Shown: in pieces, positions 61,194 to 64,000 of the stretch
How the letters are laid out: the number at the start of each line of letters is the position of its first letter
Position numbering within the stretch: the first letter of the stretch is position 1
Sequence record: KJ019146.1
DNA: 64,000 nt
Direction: 5' to 3' (one strand)
Translations under genes and position numbers: made by a program
Notes under the pieces: generated by a model
What the model saw: only the letters and a program-made list of their open reading frames with translations
Databases searched by the model: none
Told to the model about the DNA's origin: nothing

Positions 61194-61961
61194 ATGGCCG
61201 CTAGAAAGAAAAGAACACCTGCGAACTCCAACATTGGGGTAGGACTTACTACCAAGCAGATGAAGAGGAAGAAACCAATCAATAGTGACTTCCTCACTAG
61301 GGTTGAACCCATGACGGATAACCAGAAGTTGTTATTCGATGAGTATGACAAGGGACAACACATTGTTGCCTATGGTTCTGCTGGTACTGGTAAGACCTTT
61401 GTAACCCTCTACAAGGCGTTGAAAGAGGTTTTGGATGAGAGATCCCCGTATGAGAAAGTATATCTCGTCAGGTCTCTTGTAGCAACCAGAGAGATTGGTT
61501 TCCTTCCTGGTGACCATGATGATAAGGTAGCTATCTATCAGATTCCATATAAGAATATGGTGAAGTATATGTTTGCAATGCAGACAGACTCTGACTTTGA
61601 AATGTTATATGGAAACCTAAAGTCACAAGAGACTCTAAGTTTCTGGAGTACCTCATTCCTTCGTGGTACTACACTAGACAAGGCAGTTATCATCGTAGAT
61701 GAGTTCCAGAACCTCAACGCACACGAACTTGATTCCATCATGACTCGTGTTGGTGAGGATACTAAGATTCATTTCTGTGGTGATGCAACTCAGTCTGACC
61801 TTACCAAGGCGTCAGAAAGGACAGGTATCATGGACTTCATGGCTATTCTAGAAAGAATGCCCTCTATCAGTAAGATTGAGTTTGGTCTAGATGATATTGT
61901 TAGATCTGGTTTGGTTAAAGAATACCTAACTGCTAAGGCAGAGTCTGGTATTGAGATCTGA
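61194..61961 (+). CDS. phoH: PhoH-like ATPase
   Basis: GSAGTGKT Walker A, IGFLPG, FLRGTTL, IVDEFQN and GDATQSD motifs. Confidence 0.95.
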   Translation: MAARKKRTPANSNIGVGLTTKQMKRKKPINSDFLTRVEPMTDNQKLLFDEYDKGQHIVAYGSAGTGKTFVTLYKALKEVLDERSPYEKVYLVRSLVATREIGFLPGDHDDKVAIYQIPYKNMVKYMFAMQTDSDFEMLYGNLKSQETLSFWSTSFLRGTTLDKAVIIVDEFQNLNAHELDSIMTRVGEDTKIHFCGDATQSDLTKASERTGIMDFMAILERMPSISKIEFGLDDIVRSGLVKEYLTAKAESGIEI

Positions 61962-61991
61962 TGTGGTATAATAGTATTGTCTTTACTATAG

Positions 61992-62672
61992 ATGATGCCA
62001 TTTATTCACAGCCCTATTGATCTACCAAACCTTGAGAGGTACCCTATCAACGGGGTTCGGTATTATAAAGTACCAGATGGAGATACACTACACACTCTAG
62101 TGTCAGTAACCTCTGTAACTTCACACTGGAAGGCAGACTTCTTCCGTAAGTGGAGAGCAAAGGTTGGTGAAGAGGAAGCTAATCGTATAACAAATAGAGC
62201 AACAACTAGGGGTACAGACATGCACCTACTAACTGAACACTATTTGAGGAACGAGACTCTACCAAAGGCAAAGGTTCCTATTGCCGATCTCCTATTTAAG
62301 ATAGCCAAACCAGAGTTAGATAGGATCAATAACATCATTGTTCAGGAACAGGCAATGTATAGTTTGAAACTCGGTATTGCTGGTACTCCTGATTGTATTG
62401 CCGACTACAACGGAGAGTTATCTATTATTGACTTTAAGACATCAGCCAGACCCAAACCCAGAGAGTGGATTGAAGGTTACTTTGTTCAGGCATCAGCATA
62501 CGCTTGTATGTTGTATGAACTCACAGGACTAAAGGCTAAGAACCTAGTTATTATTATGGCGTGTGAAGATGGTGAGTGTGTGGTATATGAAGAGCGTGAT
62601 ATAATGAAGTACGCAAGACTACTTCACCAATACATTACCAAATTTGTAAACGACAAACTAGAGGAACTATGA
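61992..62672 (+). CDS. PD-(D/E)xK exonuclease (T4-like cyanophage exonuclease)
   Basis: SVTSV, RGTDMH, AGTPDCIA, IIDFKTS and YFVQASAY motifs. Confidence 0.85.
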   Translation: MMPFIHSPIDLPNLERYPINGVRYYKVPDGDTLHTLVSVTSVTSHWKADFFRKWRAKVGEEEANRITNRATTRGTDMHLLTEHYLRNETLPKAKVPIADLLFKIAKPELDRINNIIVQEQAMYSLKLGIAGTPDCIADYNGELSIIDFKTSARPKPREWIEGYFVQASAYACMLYELTGLKAKNLVIIMACEDGECVVYEERDIMKYARLLHQYITKFVNDKLEEL

Positions 62673-62932
62673 GCAAAGAAGAGTTTAATAAAGTATTGGA
62701 GGAGAAGTTTATCACCCCCATTCATTTCTCCTATGAGGTGGAGAAGATTGTATTGAAGGAAAAGGTTAACTATATTGATGGTATCCTCCTCTATTGTGAG
62801 AGGGAAAGTATTGAGGTAGAAGCTATTCCCAAACTGATGACTAAACCCCTCAAGGAGAAGCTGAAAATTGATGCCAATCGCTTGAACTTTATGAAGTCCA
62901 GAAACTTCTCTATGGCAAAGTTACCACTCTGA
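62669..62932 (+). CDS. gp33: Late-transcription coactivator gp33
   Basis: FSYEVEKIV...NYIDGILLYCE...PLKEKLKIDA..LNF; position before gp59. Confidence 0.85.
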   Translation: MSKEEFNKVLEEKFITPIHFSYEVEKIVLKEKVNYIDGILLYCERESIEVEAIPKLMTKPLKEKLKIDANRLNFMKSRNFSMAKLPL

Positions 62933-62945
62933 TCTTTATTATTAT

Positions 62946-63560
62946 ATGATGTACATTCGAGGAACAGGCTCAGTGAAACCTCTAGAAGTTTATAAACTAT
63001 ATCTCGCAATGAAGAGGCACTTTACTTCCTCCTATGATTACTTTAAGTATAAAGGAAAGACAAGGTGCTCTGAAGCTAGCTTCAATAAGAATAAACAGAA
63101 ATACTTCTTCGAGCGTATGAGTAGGAAACTTAGCGATGAAGAAGTGAAACTCTACTTCCTCTCTTGTTTCTTAGCAACTGATAACCCCTCTTCTATTTGG
63201 GTTGGTGAGATCATGAGAACTGGGGAGGATAACTTTAGAGAACTAGTCAAGAGGCATCAGAGTATGTCTTACATATTCACACAGGAGTGTGAGACAATTT
63301 TTTCGGAACATAAGCTCCCAGAGGCATTCGACGCCACAATGGGTCACCCCCCAATTTTGAAGGGATATCTACGGGGAGAGGTGAGTATTGAGACTTTAGT
63401 GATACTCGAAATGATCTTTGGGTTCTCCAAGAACTTAGATCGTAAACTAAAAGATCCTGTATGGGACATAGTGTGTATGAAAATGAAGAAATATAGACCC
63501 TTCCTAAATATTGAACTAGATAAGTTTAAGAAGATTCTAAGGAATATAGTGTATGTCTGA
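62946..63560 (+). CDS. gp59: Helicase loader gp59
   Basis: VYKLYLAMKRHF.SSYDYFKYKGK and SIETL motifs. Confidence 0.88.
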   Translation: MMYIRGTGSVKPLEVYKLYLAMKRHFTSSYDYFKYKGKTRCSEASFNKNKQKYFFERMSRKLSDEEVKLYFLSCFLATDNPSSIWVGEIMRTGEDNFRELVKRHQSMSYIFTQECETIFSEHKLPEAFDATMGHPPILKGYLRGEVSIETLVILEMIFGFSKNLDRKLKDPVWDIVCMKMKKYRPFLNIELDKFKKILRNIVYV

Positions 63561-63921
63561 GTTTTTCGATTCCGAACAAGTACAGAAAGCTCTAAGCGAA
63601 ATAGCTTTCCTACAGAATAAGGTGATGGCATTCACAGTTGTTGCTGCCTTCGCTGATGAAGATGAACAGAGAGAGAATATCATGACACTCAGATTACTTC
63701 TGAGCAAACAGGAAAACATGTATAACAGATGTGCTCTGAGCGATAGTGAAGAGGCTAAAGAGTTAATGGTAGAAGTGATGAAACACTTCTCTGAGCATGA
63801 TATTCCTACAAATCAACCAATGGGTGAAGTATTCAAAGCAATCCGTGAAAGGGTTGATGATATTGAAAACGATCTCAACCGGTTCATAGAAGAAGGGGAA
63901 ACAGATCCCTGGTTCTTCTAA
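63553..63921 (+). CDS. Conserved hypothetical protein (DUF1825-like)
   Basis: MSEFFDSEQVQ...LLSKQENMYNRCALSDSEEA; usual position between gp59 and gp32. Confidence 0.65.
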   Translation: MSEFFDSEQVQKALSEIAFLQNKVMAFTVVAAFADEDEQRENIMTLRLLLSKQENMYNRCALSDSEEAKELMVEVMKHFSEHDIPTNQPMGEVFKAIRERVDDIENDLNRFIEEGETDPWFF

Positions 63922-63931
63922 CAGCAGTGGC

Positions 63932-63960
63932 TTGGCATCCAACCTATTATCCTGTATAAT
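63932..63960 (+). promoter_or_regulatory. Sigma70-type promoter, probably for gp32 beyond the window
   Basis: TTGGCA-17 nt-TATAAT. Confidence 0.7.
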
Positions 63961-64000
63961 AAACAAGTTCAGCCGTTATCCAACGAATCCAAACAATCCT

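Noticed and set aside
61992-62672. Cas4/CRISPR system
   Set aside because: The nuclease sits in its usual T4-like position between phoH and gp33. No repeat-spacer array or other cas genes were seen.
1-64000. tRNA or rRNA genes
   Set aside because: No cloverleaf or TTCGA T-loop with matching stems was recognised in the intergenic gaps by eye. A tRNAscan-SE run would confirm.

Overview
This window is 64 kb of a large T4-like marine cyanomyovirus genome, probably infecting Synechococcus. All credible genes are on the + strand. In order it contains: (1) a glycan synthesis/modification cluster at 1-7126; (2) host-derived photosynthesis and metabolism genes (hli, petF, psbA with a structured leader, psbD, talC), interrupted by a mosaic tail-fibre gene; (3) a type IV pilin cassette at 14300-15432; (4) small hypothetical genes, a low-complexity late protein and an HNH nuclease; (5) about 31.5 kb of giant virion/fibre genes at 21170-52719; (6) tail-collar genes, glutaredoxin, a second glycosylation cluster and a DUF285/BspA protein; (7) a glutamine-riboswitch-like leader upstream of a DUF4278-like gene; (8) T4-like core genes (thyX, phoH, exonuclease, gp33, gp59). 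The top finding is that the largest gene (about 3967 aa once an exact 95-nt tandem duplication is removed) is built from about 31 split beta-domains whose N- and C-halves nest like balanced parentheses up to 8 deep, predicting a branched fibre. Other highlights are the pseudo-symmetric double glutamine aptamer, the phage pilin pair and the GT11+GT6+sulfotransferase pathway. All family calls come from motif recognition by eye; no searches were run.
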